Shown here one piece after another: positions 23,731 to 37,491 of a stretch of DNA of 64,000 bases (positions within the stretch are counted from its first letter, which is position 1; the number at the start of each line of letters is the position of its first letter). The translations under genes were made by a program, and so were the position numbers. Below the pieces are notes generated by a model, which was not told the origin of the DNA, did not search any database, and was given only the letters and a program-made list of their open reading frames with translations. This DNA is from Felis catus. Its lineage: Eukaryota. The stretch lies in NCBI RefSeq assembly GCF_018350175.1, contig NC_058368.1, forward strand, positions 56,236,001-56,300,000, given 5' to 3'.

Positions 23731-26349
23731 AGTGATGAGCTTTTATAACAAGTTTATGATAATAAGTGTACAAAATAGCAACAATTCTCCCAAATACTTT
23801 GATTGTTTTCTCTTTTACTTTTAACATTTTAATCAATTCTTATTAATCTCATTTTCATTTCATGCAGGAGATGACAGAAATCTCAGTAGTCTTTGAACTT
23901 TAACACTTAGAGTTTTCTAAATCTTTGGGATTTATTCTAATTAGGCCAAATATATTTATTTGGGGATCTTAATTAACCTCAATTTTTCATTAGCAATTTT
24001 GTCATTTTCTTTATTAATCCTTTCCAAATCACTGTGCCTTGGCATTTTCTACAAAGTGCCACCAGCAAAAACAGTAAAATAGTATTCTATACAGATTCCA
24101 TTAAAATAGACCAGTATTTTTCACCTGCTTAATTTTTGCCATAATTTCATACATAACCATGCAATTATTAAACAGATAATTGAAGAACATTTTTTTAGTG
24201 TACATAATTATAACTAATTTTCAAATATGTATAATTATAATACCCAGAATGTAATAATTCTAATTATACAAATATATATCAAAGGCCCTATACCTTTGTA
24301 TCATTAAATATTACAGTTAAGAAAGTCCATATACTGAGAGAATCCACTATTGGCTGAAACAACATATACTAGGTCTAAATATTCTTGAACTAAGCCACAG
24401 AAATATTTTATGATTACTATCTTCTGGGTAAGATTTTCCACTATAGTAAATTAACTTCATCTATGGATAATATGAAAATATGCCAAAAACAAAGAACTCT
24501 GTTTATTTCTACTGTTCACATGTGTATTGCATTTAAGATGTAATCAAAAGTAAAAATGAAAAAAATTACCAGACATCATGTATAAGTTTTATAATTTAAG
24601 GGATTTAAATATTAAAAGTCTAGATATTAGCATCCATCTTGAAAATCATATTTTATAAGTGAAAACATTAAGCAAATGTGATATTATAGCAGACTTCTAC
24701 AATATTGTTAACATAAAAATATTAAAGACTTCAGTAAGTCCTTTACTTATATAGCCTATTTACTTATATAGCCTATTTATGACAATTTCCTAAACAACAA
24801 TAATAGATTTTGGATATGTAACTACTGACTCATTATCCTACAACACAATTTCTGACTTACTCAAGTTTACTTAACAAGATGTAATAAAGTACACTTTCCA
24901 GGTATAATAACAAATATAATGTTAGTTCTACTGCTATTTTTAAAGATTATTTTTATTACAGGGAATACCATGAGGAGAAAATATAGCACCTAAAATGCAT
25001 ATATTTTAAAATTTTTCTTTTAGTAGTATTTGTTTATGAGGGCCTGTTAACAGTTGTAAAAAGAATTTCTGGTTCTAATTCAAATTGTATTCGATATATC
25101 ATAAACTGTTTTTGATTGCAATCAGTAATGTATTCATACTGAAATTTCTGCCACATCATATAGGCAGTATTCTAAGAAATAGTTTCAAATCTACATATAT
25201 GGTTATTACTAAAGTATACTTTTTCAAAAAGTAAAAGCATGACTTTTATGAAAATACAAAAAGAAGATGTATATGATTTTATTAAGTTCATAGATTAATG
25301 AGGATGCCAATAACATATTAAAACCAGCTTAGATGATAAATGGACTAGGAGAGATACATATTTTCTATAAAAAAATTTATTTACAAAGCTGTGAGCAGGG
25401 ATTCTTTGCACTGCAATGGTCAGGAAATATTTGTGTACCTTTAATTTTCTATAAATTTATCTCTCCCTGAACAGAGTTGTAAAATAGCATAGTTAGTAAC
25501 AAAGACAATCAATTGTGTACATATGTGCTAAATTTTATAATCGCAGATGTTCTGTAAGACATCACCCAGAAGAAATCCATTAACTGAAAGGATATCCAGT
25601 AATCTTACTTTTTTAATCCACTTCTAAACCTTGGAAAATTGTTCTGTACAGTATTTTTTTTTTGTAAAGTGTAGATTCACAGTTTGAATGTGTGTCCTAG
25701 AAAATTTTGTGAAGTGCGTGGAGTCATAAAACATTATATACATACACACTAAAACTTTATATATATATATACATATATATATATATGTAACTGATATAAT
25801 AAATTTTATCAGTGCTACTGAATGATGAAAAGCAATGGAACACTAAGAATAAAAGCATTTCAAACTAGTATTGTTATCCAGTGTAACTTGCAATTGTGTT
25901 TTACAACAGGGAGATACCATTCAGACATATGAGAGCTAAGGAAATTTCTTGAGAACTCATTCAGATAAAACAAGGGATTGATTAAACGAAAACGTAAATG
26001 TGTGGTTTTAGAAAAGTGGCTCCAATACATTTGTAAGAATTAAATGCCAGCGTTCACAGCTTGAATTAGCAATGGATTAGCAGTGAAATTTATATCCCCA
26101 TAATTATTTAAATCATTTTTATGTTTTAAAAATTAAAAAAAATCATATGAAAACTTTATGGAAGAATTGTTTGCAGTTAAAAATAAATAAATAAATGATA
26201 ACTTTAGCAAGTCCAAATTGACCCTGGCTACAACTAAAATTGGAGCATAGAGAAAAGATTGAAAATATGAAGGAAAAGGTTGGAGCACTCCTAAGAGTTG
26301 AAATACTTACATTGAGAAGAGTTTAATGTAACAATGTGTTAAGTGAGAG

Positions 26350-26960
26350 CAGTTCTCCTAAGAGAAATTCACATTAAAATTACACTAAAATACCATTTTT
26401 CAGTTTGGTAAAATCTAATGGTTTAATGACATATTCTGTTGTGCAGCTGTGGAGAAAGAGAGAATTCAGTTATTGTTGATGGAAATGCAACTTTCATGGA
26501 ATGGGGTATGGCAAAATCAATAAAATTCCACAGACATTTACCTTTTCATCTAGCAATACCAATTTTAAGGATCTATCCTAAACAGTCATTGAAAGAATGT
26601 AAAATTAACACTTACGGACTTTTATTGGAGCATTATTTGTAATAGCTAAAATAAAACATAATAAATAACTGGACACATCTGAAAAGGCCTTCAATGGGAC
26701 ACTCATTAAATAAGCTATGATAAGCCAACAAAATGGGCAACACACAGCACTCAACAAAATGGAGAACTACATGGCTGTAAAAAGGAAAGAAACCATTTTT
26801 TATATATATTACTAACAAGTAATCTCTAGGAAATGTGCAGATTATTCCTACTTTAACCTGAGAAAATGGCGATATAAACATACCTACTAGGCAGATACAT
26901 ATGTAGGTAGTTGTGTAATATGTCTGTAGTTTTTAATGGCTATCTGTGAAGGAAAGCAGA
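26350..26960 (+). mobile_element. Old L1 (L1ME-like) 3' end
   Basis: CTAGCAATACCAATTTTAAGGATCTATCCTAA...GCATTATTTGTAATAGC. Confidence 0.65.
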
Positions 26961-27087
26961 GAAAAGACATGGATACAAATTAGTCTTCTTTAAATATGCT
27001 TTGCTTTGACTTAAATAGAAATAAAGTATGCCAGTTTAAAATAAAATAAAATTAAAAATATATCCTTAAAAGCTATAAGGTAAATAT

Positions 27088-27260
27088 GGGGCGCCTGGGT
27101 GGCTCAGTTGGTTAAGCGTCTGACTTCAGCTCAGGTCACGATCTCACAGTTTGTGAGTTCTAGCCCCGCGTTGGGCTCTGTGCTGACAGCTCGGAGCCTT
27201 GAGCCTGCTTCGGATTCTGTGTCTCCCGCTCTCTCTGCCCCTCCCGCTCCCCCACTTATG

Positions 27261-27298
<38 letters not shown>

Positions 27299-27335
27299 AA
27301 TAAATAAACATTTAAAAAAATTAAAAACAAAAACT
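27088..27335 (+). mobile_element. Can-SINE
   Basis: Canonical head, (CT)n, tail; degenerate TSD around AAGGTAAATA / AAAGTAAATA. Confidence 0.95.
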
Positions 27336-27784
27336 AGAAAGTAAATAATACAAATAAATTTATATTTTTACCTGTCCCAAGTGACTTTAATGCACAGTAA
27401 TTGACTATCCATCTCTAATTAGATATACTGTATAGACAAAAACATAACGATAGTCATATACATATATGTGTATAAATTATTTAGTAACCATATTGTTAAA
27501 TGGTAAGTTTGGAAGTATTGATGTCGTTTTGCTTATTTTAACTATGAATGTGTGGTGGCGAAGAATACAATCATAATTCATTCAGCAATTTGATCCTCCA
27601 CTTTGGTTTGTGCCAAGATGCAAAAATTTTGCTTAACATAGTTTTCACATCATTTGTGTAAATGACAACCCAAGATACAGGGCAAATAATATTCTAGTGT
27701 TTATAGATATATTTTTGACCTTGCTGTATAGAACTGTAAAAGCTATGAGATTTTATTTATACTTAAAAACTAAAACATTAGTTT

Positions 27785-28255
27785 GTCAAACTAAAAGCTC
27801 AAGATGTTTGCAGAGAACAAGGGAAATCTGGGTCACATAAAAAAGAGAGTTTATTCCTCATAGCAATAGCAGTAGCTGGAATACTATCATTTTAACTCTG
27901 GTTCCCTGACACCCAATCCCATAGGGTGGTGCAAAGAAGGTTAATTAAATAACCACAAATCAACAATAACTTTATTTCTTTCCCTGTAAGGTTGTAAAAT
28001 AGCCTAGCCAGTAACAAGGCTGATCAACACTACTCACTTATATAAAATCAGGTCATTGTAGAGGGTCTGCTAGACAAGACCCAGCACCTCCCACACAGTA
28101 GGTCACATTAAAGGAGAAGGATGCTGAGTTCAAAAAGACAGCAACTTTCATAATGGTAAGTAAACATGTCAGAATTTTGCTCCAGAGAAAACATTATCTT
28201 TATTATACTGCAAAGTAAGCAAACCCATCTCCCACAAAGACAGGTTCTCCCACAG
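27785..28255 (-). mobile_element. Old ERVL-class LTR fragment (MER54/MER73/MER74-like)
   Basis: TTTATT poly(A) signal on the minus strand, then GTAAGTAAACATG...TTGCTCCAGAG...TTATCTTTATTATACTG...GTAAGCAAAC...TCTCCCACA, resembling these families. Confidence 0.5.
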
Positions 28256-30869
28256 CAGAACCTAATTTAAAATACAAAGGAAAAGTTTGAGGTGATATAG
28301 TCTATGGCCTCAGTGGTTTAGGATAAGCAGAATGGAGAGAAACAGAGAATAGATGGAGGTTGGTAGAGAGCAATCAGCAAATTTAAGTTTTCGGTTCATT
28401 AGTTTTCCTTTACAGTGATTGAAATTTCATGTGTTTAATTTTCTCTGTGAACTCTGGATCCCCAGGCAAAACATATCAGTGGGTGATAACCCTGACACAG
28501 GGATAATGCCAAGGCACTAAATCATGCTTCTGCAGATGTTTTTAAGGAAGTACAATGAACAGAGTTATGGAGAAGATCTGCTAGTGTTATACTCTCTTTA
28601 TTTACCGTGATGATGCTCTTTTAAAGACCTGTCTCCCTGAGTTTTTATCAACTAATCCTCAGGGGATGGAACACTGAGAAGCTGTCTGTGACCATTATTA
28701 ATTGTAAATTCCCTACCTACTCCCTACCAAAATTAATTTGGCTATATTGTCATGTAAACCAGTCTTCCCAAAGCCACACTGGACTTGCTGTTTTCAAGAC
28801 TAAAAGTGCAACACAGTAAGCTATTATGTAAATCACAATATTCAGTAATAGAAAGGGATGGACATAAAAATCTCTTGTACTGCCTTTACTATCCTACCTG
28901 TAGAGCTCTCTTCTACTCTTTCCCCAATAGAGTGATTTTCTGCAATCCTTTCTTGTTCCAAGAAGACATGACATATATTCTATGGTTAGACGTCGACCTT
29001 TTTTCTTTTACAGAGCCTATGCAAAATAACAAGTTGGAAGAGAAATCACAACTAAAGTTTGGATTGTGTGCCTTCTTTCACAGGCTTCTGCCACTGTGCT
29101 TGGGATCTAGAACTCAGAACACCTTTTGTTACATTTTTCACAAAGTTAAGTTACTGGTATCCCATCTGGCAGAGGACAAAGGGCATTCTCTGCTTTCCAC
29201 AGCCCACTGGGTTTTGGCTATTTGCATCATTTTGAGCTTAAATTCTGAGAATCTCAAGGACTATATGAAGTAATTATTTCTCATTAATATCCTGTTCCAT
29301 ATAAAAATGTCAACTCTCCCTCTTCAATTCCCTGTATCCACAATATATATTTTAAGCTTTCTTCTGATGATGTTTTCTCCTCATTGTCTTTTGTATTTAT
29401 TTTAATTATTCCACTTTATTTCACCCAGGATTGGGAAAGAAGAAAAGTGAACATGGACAATGCACCACGCCTAAATAGAAATACTCCCTTCCAAGCCTTA
29501 GTGCTTTGTCACCAGATTAGAAACTTTGAGATTCTAATGCACAGCCAGTAGCAGCAATGAACCACTTTCTACAGATAAAACAATGTTTAAAGTCTTTTTC
29601 TCTTAATATAGTTATAGAGCTCATATTTTGTGTTTTATAATATTATCCTTTTAACCTAAAAGTAATAAGACCAATTCTTCTATTCATAGCTGCAAGCATC
29701 CCTAATCTAGTCATTTAAAGAAAACTGTGGCCTAGAAAATGTCTTTATGATACACTCTTCAGAGCAAAGAAAATTGGTATAATATTTCAACTTAAATATT
29801 TGGGGTTCTAATTATATAAGTATATTCTAATCACATTGCATGGATATATATACACATACAATAAAAGTATATACACACAAATGTAAGGAAGTTTTACTCT
29901 CCTAGCACATTGAGCAAATGTTTTATATTAGAATTTTTTCCCTATTGCTCCACTGTCATGAAACAATAGAGCAGAAAAGGCTTTTAGAAAATAAGAAAGC
30001 TCTCAATGTCAAACCAAAGGTCAAGAGAATTTTTCATAAGAACATCAGATAAAATTTCCAAATTCTGTACTCAGTAATTTAAGAGTTTCTTTGAAAAGAC
30101 TTGACTTTTGAAGTGCAGTTTTAATCATAATTTTAGAAATAAGAGTATTATGTCATAAAAGATCTTCAGTACAGATAATAGGAAGCTTTTCCTTTTCATT
30201 CTTCTTTAAAATGTCAATGTGAATTTAATATATTTTATACATTATCAGTATCAGAATAGTATCTCAATATAACTCTCATTTTTAAGGGTTCCTTCAATAA
30301 TTCTGCAGTACATTATCTCAGAAGTACCTTGTCTTCCAGAAATGTTCTTTAATTAGTTCTCTTTTCCAAAGGGTCCACCTCTAAATAATACACTGCTGAC
30401 CCAAAGAATCAATATAACCTTTTATTGACCTAATTGAGAGAGTAAACTGTAATATTTATAAGGAGCAAAATTATATGAAATTTGGTTATCACAACATAGT
30501 TAAATGAACATATTGTAAGTCTATCTAAATAGTACTTCAGCATATACTCTTGCATATCTTTCTATATAGTGTTTGAACTTGGTATAATGTTAGGAAAGTG
30601 ATAAAAGCCCTTCAAAAAATCTTGGACAAAACAATGACTTAGAAGTCTTAATAAGAAGAAGGCAGAATATTTTGCTTCTTTAAATGACAAGACCATCATA
30701 GGAATTGCTCTAATTTGTACTGTACCCATTTAATTAAGGCAACTTATTTAAATCTGTAATCCCTAAAGAACTAGGTTGCAGCTATGGACCCATTAAGGCA
30801 TATGCAGGGAATAAATTAACTATAAATTAAAACTTCTCCATTTTTGGTAATGAATGCTAAGAATATATT

Positions 30870-31160
30870 TAGATTTCATTCATATGTGGAATTTAAGAAA
30901 CACAACAAATGAGCAAAGGGAGAAATAAGGAGACAGAGAGAGAGAGAGAGAGCGAGCGAGAGAGAGAGACCAACCAAAAAGCAGACTCTTACTTATAGAG
31001 AACAAATTGATGGTTATCAGAGGTGAAGTGGTGGGGGGAATGGGCTAAATAGGTGAGGGGGATTAAGGGGAGTGCACTTGCAATGAGCACCAGTTGTTCT
31101 ATGGAATTGTTGACTCACTATATGGTACAGGTGAAACTAATAAAACACTGTAAAAAAATG
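30870..31160 (+). mobile_element. Carnivore L1 3' end
   Basis: TTTCATTCATATGTGGAATTTAAGAAAC...GACTCTT..TATAGAGAACAAA...GAAACTAAT. Confidence 0.9.
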
Positions 31161-31900
31161 AAATAAATAGATAAACTGGGTAAGTTGCTATGATGAAAAC
31201 AAATCCATAGAGAAATGGTATTTCCACCTATTACCATCTCCTTAATTTATAAATTGAAGGAAAAAGCAGAACAAAAGTTAGTAAAAATACTGAAACTTTG
31301 GACATCATCATTAATGAGTATCAGCTAATAGACCTATGTAGAACTCTGCTTCTTGTCCCTGAATGATATACTTTCAAGTTATGACAAAAAATATAGTTGG
31401 GTATGAACTAAATATCAACAACAAAAGGACTGAAATTGTGAAGGGGATATTCTTTGAACATAATGTAATTAAGCTAGACATTATAAACAAATAAATAAAC
31501 ATGTAATTCTCCTTGTGTTTGGGAAATACAAAGCATACTTTATAAAAACTATATGAAAAAGATAGAAGCCCAATGGATAACGAAAAGAAGGGAAAAAAAG
31601 GGCATAGTAAAATAATGAAATCAAATACAGAGAAAATAAAGAAATGAAAAGATTAAGACAGCAGAATAGCATCAAAAAAACTGAAAACTGTGATCTCTGG
31701 TCATTAAAGAATTCTTTGTGATATTTGTATTACAGAAATAAGATGTATGGATTGAGGCTGAAAAAAATGAAAATTAATAAATTCTTACTGTAATATGAAC
31801 TGTCTATGCCAAAACATTCTTAACATGAGAGAAAGAATGTCCTTTCAAACTCATTGTAGATATTGGGTCACAAATACAGAAAACAAAGTACATGTTAAGG
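31160..31900 (+). mobile_element. Old L1 ORF2 fragments
   Basis: CTAATAGACCTATGTAGAACTCTGC...CATAATGTAATTAAGCTAGA...CAAACTCATT resemble L1 ORF2. Confidence 0.55.
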
Positions 31901-32437
31901 AGGAAAGGACAATCTGAGGGCTGGAGGCAGGGATTAAAACTTTCCATAATATTTAGCAAAGGATGAATTTGTTAAAGATTTTAGAATAAGTAAGCAGATG
32001 TTCAGAGCAGCAGAACCTGCTGGGAGTGGGGGAAAGAATCAATGGCACTTTAGGAATTAGATAAGTACTGATTATAAAGTCTAAATTTAGCAAGCAGGTG
32101 TAAGAAGATATATTTAGAATATTCATCTGTGATGGGTTGATTACTTGAGAAATCAAGCTATTTCTACAAACTCCTCCCACTGCCATCCTTTCAGACTACC
32201 CGACCTATATGTCACATTATGGGGCTTCTGTTTTTTCTGGGGAAAATTTAGCAGGAACCCCATTTTAGGTCCTAAAGAATTTACAATTCTCAGAGATAAT
32301 GTAGCATGTTTAAACACTGGTGCAAACAGATAACAGATTTGAAATAAATTGTTACAACCAATCATCCAGTTGACCCCATCCATCCACACGTGGAAAATAA
32401 AATAGTCCTTTGAATGTAGAAATGGAATGTAAGTGAG

Positions 32438-32972
32438 TAGAGGAGTACTGACAACAGTAACTCTATCTTTGGCCCTTTATTTTGTTCATGTTCTCTGGAT
32501 GACCTCTCTTGCGGCTACAAGTTCCAGGCTCCCTGGAGATTAAGTAATACACACACCTTAGAAGTGCCCACCGAGGCCAGCATTGGGGATAGGCTTGCAT
32601 GGACCTCCCATGAATCTGTTAGAGATAACATAGTCTTTCCTCTTCCTGATGCACAAGTGGTGCCATAAGAGCTAATAAAAGGTTATCTGTCAGTTAAGTG
32701 CACGCAAACTCTTTGAGGTGCATACATACTCTTTGATCTCACTGCAAGCTTTTCTGCATGTCTCCTCACTATTTAAAACCTGTGGACTAAGGTCCAGACT
32801 TTGTGGAGAATACACAGCTGCCATGAATCATCCTCTGCCCGACCCCCCTTGTCAGTATGTTACCCTGAATAAAGCTGTGAAAACTGTATGGAGTCACCTG
32901 CTTCATTTTGGGGTCTCGAGGTGCCTGCTCAGTTTGGGGGACACTTTATTATCTCTCCCCCAGCTCCTACCA
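32438..32972 (+). mobile_element. Solo LTR, about 535 bp, family uncertain
   Basis: Perfect 5-bp TSD GTGAG at 32433-32437 and 32973-32977; ends in CA; TATTTAAAA at about 32770; AATAAA 32868-32873; more GC-rich than flanks. Confidence 0.7.
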
Positions 32973-33042
32973 GTGAGAAAGATTTATAAAGTGCTGAAAG
33001 TGACAAGCCATGTCAGGTGCTAGATTGCTGTTCCTGCTTCTT

Positions 33043-33244
33043 TTTTTTTATGTTTATCTATTTATTTTGAGAGAGAGAGAGACAGCAAGCAGGGGGCAGG
33101 CAGAGATAGAGAGAGGGGGAGAGAGAGAATCCCCAGCAAGCTCCACGTAACCTGGTGGCGCTAGATCCTACAAACTGTGAGATCCTGACCTGAGCCAAAA
33201 ATCAAGAGTCGGAAGCTTAACCCACTGAACCACCCAAGGCCCCA
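33043..33244 (-). mobile_element. Can-SINE
   Basis: TSD TGCTGTTCCTGCTTCTT at 33026-33042 and 33245-33261. Confidence 0.9.
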
Positions 33245-33974
33245 TGCTGTTCCTGCTTCTTAAGCAAAGTATCAGAAGAAAAGCTGAGAAGGTACTACAG
33301 GGTATCTGAGAAGGCCCTATGTGAATTTTGGAAATGTCAGTGATAGACTGCCTTACTATTTTCCAGTTGCCATTTCAGTGAAGCAATCCCCTAAATATGC
33401 CTTAGACTATCAGACTTGAGGTGTATTGATAAATTTAGTCATGAATTTCAAAATTCAGACTTCTAAATCCTAAATTATGCAAACACCAAAGAGTGACATG
33501 GAAGTACACTCATTATGGAATGATGAGTAATACATGAGCCCAATATTACATGAGCTAGAAAAAAGGAATATAAAATAAGGAGATGGTAGTCAGAAATGCT
33601 GTTCTCTATAGATTTATCTGTCAAAAGTCACAGTCTAGAAAATGAAGTCTTGTGATAATCTGTCCCAGATGTCCTTTTTATGTGAATCATAGGTCCTAGA
33701 AAGCTGAAAACCTCCCCTAGCACTGAAATGGGGAGACTCTTCTCCAGCAGTCAGCAGTACTTGAAGTTTCAAAGTATTGACTCATAAGAGTAAGTAGTGG
33801 AAGAAATTCAAAGAATTTTGAATCTGACTCTAACAATTTTAATAAATCTAAATCAATGAAAGCATTTATTGGAATGGGCATGGAGAAGATAAGGAGTGAA
33901 TAATATTAAACTGCCTGTACTAGGTAGAGAAGGGGCTCAGAAAGTTAAATTCAGTTGTAGAATTAAAGTGTCAT

Positions 33975-34029
33975 AGATTTTATTCATGTATGGAATTGAA
34001 GAAATAAAACAAATGAGCAAAGGGGAGAA

Positions 34030-34081
<52 letters not shown>

Positions 34082-34300
34082 CAAACCGAGAAATAGGCTC
34101 TTAAGGATAGGCAACAAACTGATGGTTGGGGAGGGGGATGGGTTAAATAGGTGATGGGAGGGGAGATTAAGGATTGCACTTCTGATGAGCGCCAGATATT
34201 ATATGGAAGTGTTGAACCACTATATTGTACACCTGAAACTAATATTACAGTGTATGTTAACTAACTGGAATTTAAATAAAAACTTTAAAAAAAGAAAAAA
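33975..34300 (+). mobile_element. Carnivore L1 3' end with internal (GA)n
   Basis: TGTACACCTGAAACTAATATTACAGTGTATGTTAACTAACTGGAATTTAAATAAAA followed by an A tail. Confidence 0.9.
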
Positions 34301-34375
34301 AATATATAGTTATAGTGTTTAATTCAAACAATGGAACCTTATACAGTATATTTCTATAATATAAATAAATGTTTT

Positions 34376-34580
34376 GGGGCACCTGGGTGGCTCAGTCGGT
34401 TGAGCATCCGACTTCAGCTCAGGTCGTGGTCTCACAGTCCATGAGTTCGAGTCCTGCGTCAGGCTCTGTGCTCACAGCTCAGAGCCTGGAGCCTCGTTTG
34501 GATTCTGTCTCTCCCTTTCTCTCTGACCCTCTCCTGCTCATGCTCTGCCTCTCTCTCTCTCATATAAATAAACTTTAAAA

Positions 34581-34615
<35 letters not shown>
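34376..34615 (+). mobile_element. Can-SINE with (TAAA)n tail
   Basis: TSD ATAAATAAATGTTTT on both sides. Confidence 0.95.
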
Positions 34616-34623
<8 letters not shown>

Positions 34624-35859
34624 ATGTTTTAATTACTCCTCCAAGGCAGACCTTACTTTCTAGAGATGATGTATCAGTTCCTGCATTGTAGAATCCCTTA
34701 AAATGTGTAACTAAATTATTTTTCCATATGTGTCTAGTTGAGAGCTCATGGGAATGGCCATGCACAGAGTGATACAAATGGTTAATTTTCAAAGCAAGTG
34801 GAGTAGGGAGTGGAGTGGGAAGAAGAGCAAGCAGAGGAAGAAATTCTAGCTGCAAAAAAGACCAACACTCAGGTGAAAGCCAACAGGACTAGACTTCAGC
34901 AAGCGTGGGGATTTAGAGTGAGGTTGAAAGAGATGTGGGAACTTCACTAAAGAACTGACATCAGGACAGAGGTCTGGAAGTATGAAGCAGAGATAAGGGC
35001 TCATACTAAGGAAACTGGACTATTTAATAACTGGCATACTTCTAACCTAATGTCTAGAGTATGAGAAACAGTTTCTCCTCATAATACACACTAACACTTA
35101 GGATTGGACATAGAGAAATACAGGCTGTATCTTTAGACTTTGCCCCCAAAAGGCTCTGCCTAGGAGCTACTGCCCAGTTACTGTTTCTGAATCTTAGGGG
35201 GCTTCCATGTCAATGGTAGAAGGAAGACAATTTATTCCAAAATTCCCAGTTGTTGCTAGAAAGAAGCTTTGTGCTGTCTTGCAATTTTCTGAATGGATCC
35301 AGAATAACAGCATAATTTATAAATATTTTGAGGTCCATGTTTGAAAAGTTACAATTATACTAACATGAGAGGGAGGCTGAATTCAAATGAAAAGTATCTC
35401 CCATCTAAATTCACAAGTATAGCAACATAATTATATATCTATTTTGTTCATTATCTCTACTTAACATGGATTTATTGTAAACAGATGGTGATTGATTAAA
35501 GTTTAATATATCATAATATTTTAAAAAATGTGTATGCTGTACAGTGAAGTACAGACCTTGTGAAATCCTTAAAATAATCACTTAAGAAATATTGTAAAGT
35601 CCCTATCATTCCCTGATACCTAGATTCCAATGAAAATGGTAGTTAGAGGTTTTGCAATATTTAGAAAAAGAGTTGTGTCTAACATATATATTGAATCATA
35701 TTACTGGATTAGCAGTCACTTTTTGGTATATCACCTGCCCTAGGATGAAACAGGAGTATGGAGATGTGTGGAAGAAGGGGAACTTGGTAACATGCCTGGC
35801 ACATCCATTCAATGGAACTTGTAGAGAGAGAAGTAGATAGTTGCTGGGCATTGTGTTAG

Positions 35860-36030
35860 ATCCATGTCTACATCACTGGCATGTTAATTTTGCCAGTCAT
35901 AATTTGCCTGAGGCTTAATTTCTTCTATAAAATATATCAATGGTACTTACCTTTCAGGGTGGATATAAGGATCGTAAATGAGATAGGATACAAAGTGAAA
36001 AAGAATGTGTTGTTAAGTGTAATTAAATAC
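35860..36030 (+). mobile_element. MIR fragment
   Basis: TTTCTTCTATAAAAT...TACTTACCTTTCAGGGTGGATATAAGGATCGTAAATGAGATA. Confidence 0.65.
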
Positions 36031-36689
36031 TTAAAAAGTGATTTTTTTCCTCATTGTTTGTTGGAGTATTAGAAAATTTGTGGCTAACTAAATGGGCTTT
36101 TTGGAATTCATCCAATAGTAAATGTACTTGGTAAAGTTTCATTCCATTTTTAATTTATTCCCATGTTGTCTGCTTGATTGTTTTATTTATTAATGATCAT
36201 GTGGCCCATTGTGCCTGAATATGTAGAGTTAGGATTATGAAAAACCATAAAATGGGAATTTAAAATGTTCCACGTAACTAGACTATAATTTGTATCACTT
36301 TATGCCATGTATTGCCTTACTGCCAAAAAACACACAAAGTACAATATAATGACAACATCTTTATTTAGTTAACTATTTTCAAATTATGCCAACAAAGGAT
36401 TCAATGCAGAATGTATAACATTATATTTAAAAGTCACTGTAACAGTAGGTACAGGTAGAAGAATGTGAAATGAAGTGTTTTTTTTTTCATATTCTAGCTA
36501 TTTTCTGGTTTCTACATTCTACATCACTCAACTAGAACTCATTAAGCCCAATCCATAGGTTTCCATCTTTTCTCTCGAACAGTTTTACATTACTAACAGG
36601 GAAATTTAAGGGAATCTAACTTACTGCTCTATATTATTTACCACTCTATTACTGCTCTATGTTATCGCTCTATATTGTTATTCTGTTAA

Positions 36690-37490
36690 TACCCTGGTTT
36701 GGAGTTTGTATACCAGTTTGGATAACTGACTTTCTGCTTATCCCCATGTGGCTGAGAGTTTGTTTTGGTAATTTGCCTCTTGTATTAATATGACTAAGAT
36801 AATGTCTGTGCTCGGTTATCATTAAACCCCCTTTTAGCAAATTTGTCACTTGCTTTCAAGCATTAAGGTGCAAATAGCCTGAGCATGAGCATTTCCTCAT
36901 CTGCTATCTCATATGAATCATCTGTTATCCTATGCAAAATATATTGCATCAATGGTTCTGTTAGATCACTATTTTCTGCAAAATGAACTTCTTGGTGGCA
37001 TGTGATTCTAGGTCTGTTTTGATGTACCATCATCTCAGATTCTGTAAGACACCTATACCTGACCACATACAATACTCCCTCGCTGATTTTAAAGGCTCAC
37101 GACACATTAGTTCTTGGTATTTCTTCTCGTTTAATATTATGTTTCTATTTTGACACGTAGCTGTTTGACTCTGAAATCCTTCTTGTATATGATTCTTTTA
37201 ATTTGGTATTTTTCTGTTATCTTTTCAGAATTTGAATTTTATTCCTTCTTATTTGCCTTCTTTTTTTGGCTACCTCAAGCAAGGAATCACAAATCTATTC
37301 AGGACTCTTAAAGCACAACCTTCTAAAAGTGGAGTTGACTCGCATCCTGTCCCAATCAACACTGACATCATTTATGTTTGAAGAATCAGCTAATTTACCA
37401 GAATATCATTATGTTCATATTTATCTGCCCAACTTTGCTTATAATTAGTCCACACTTGGTCTCATTGGTTCAGTTTTTCTAAGGCACCAC
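36690..37490 (-). mobile_element. Ancient RTE-clade LINE ORF remnant (MamRTE1/L4-like)
   Basis: One near-continuous minus frame with scattered stops: SLLEVAKKRRQ..., EPLM, ADEEMLMLRLF, KRGFNDNRAQTLS, and (shifted) VIQTG. Order parallels recalled RTE motifs TLEIAKKRREAK...EPLIL...TEEESVKVLTKLC...KKGDLTDCANYRTISL...DVQAGF. Confidence 0.55.
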
Positions 37491-37491
37491 A

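Noticed and set aside
23850..24435. Splice acceptor-like site (about 23867) and donor-like site (about 24428)
   Set aside because: No open frame or plausible exon between them
24742..24779. 17-bp tandem duplication (similar ones at about 16578, 48320, 61489)
   Set aside because: Ordinary slippage duplications; no spacer array, so not CRISPR-like
28785..29273. 162-aa ORF
   Set aside because: Non-ATG start, no recognisable domain, composition typical of random AT-rich DNA
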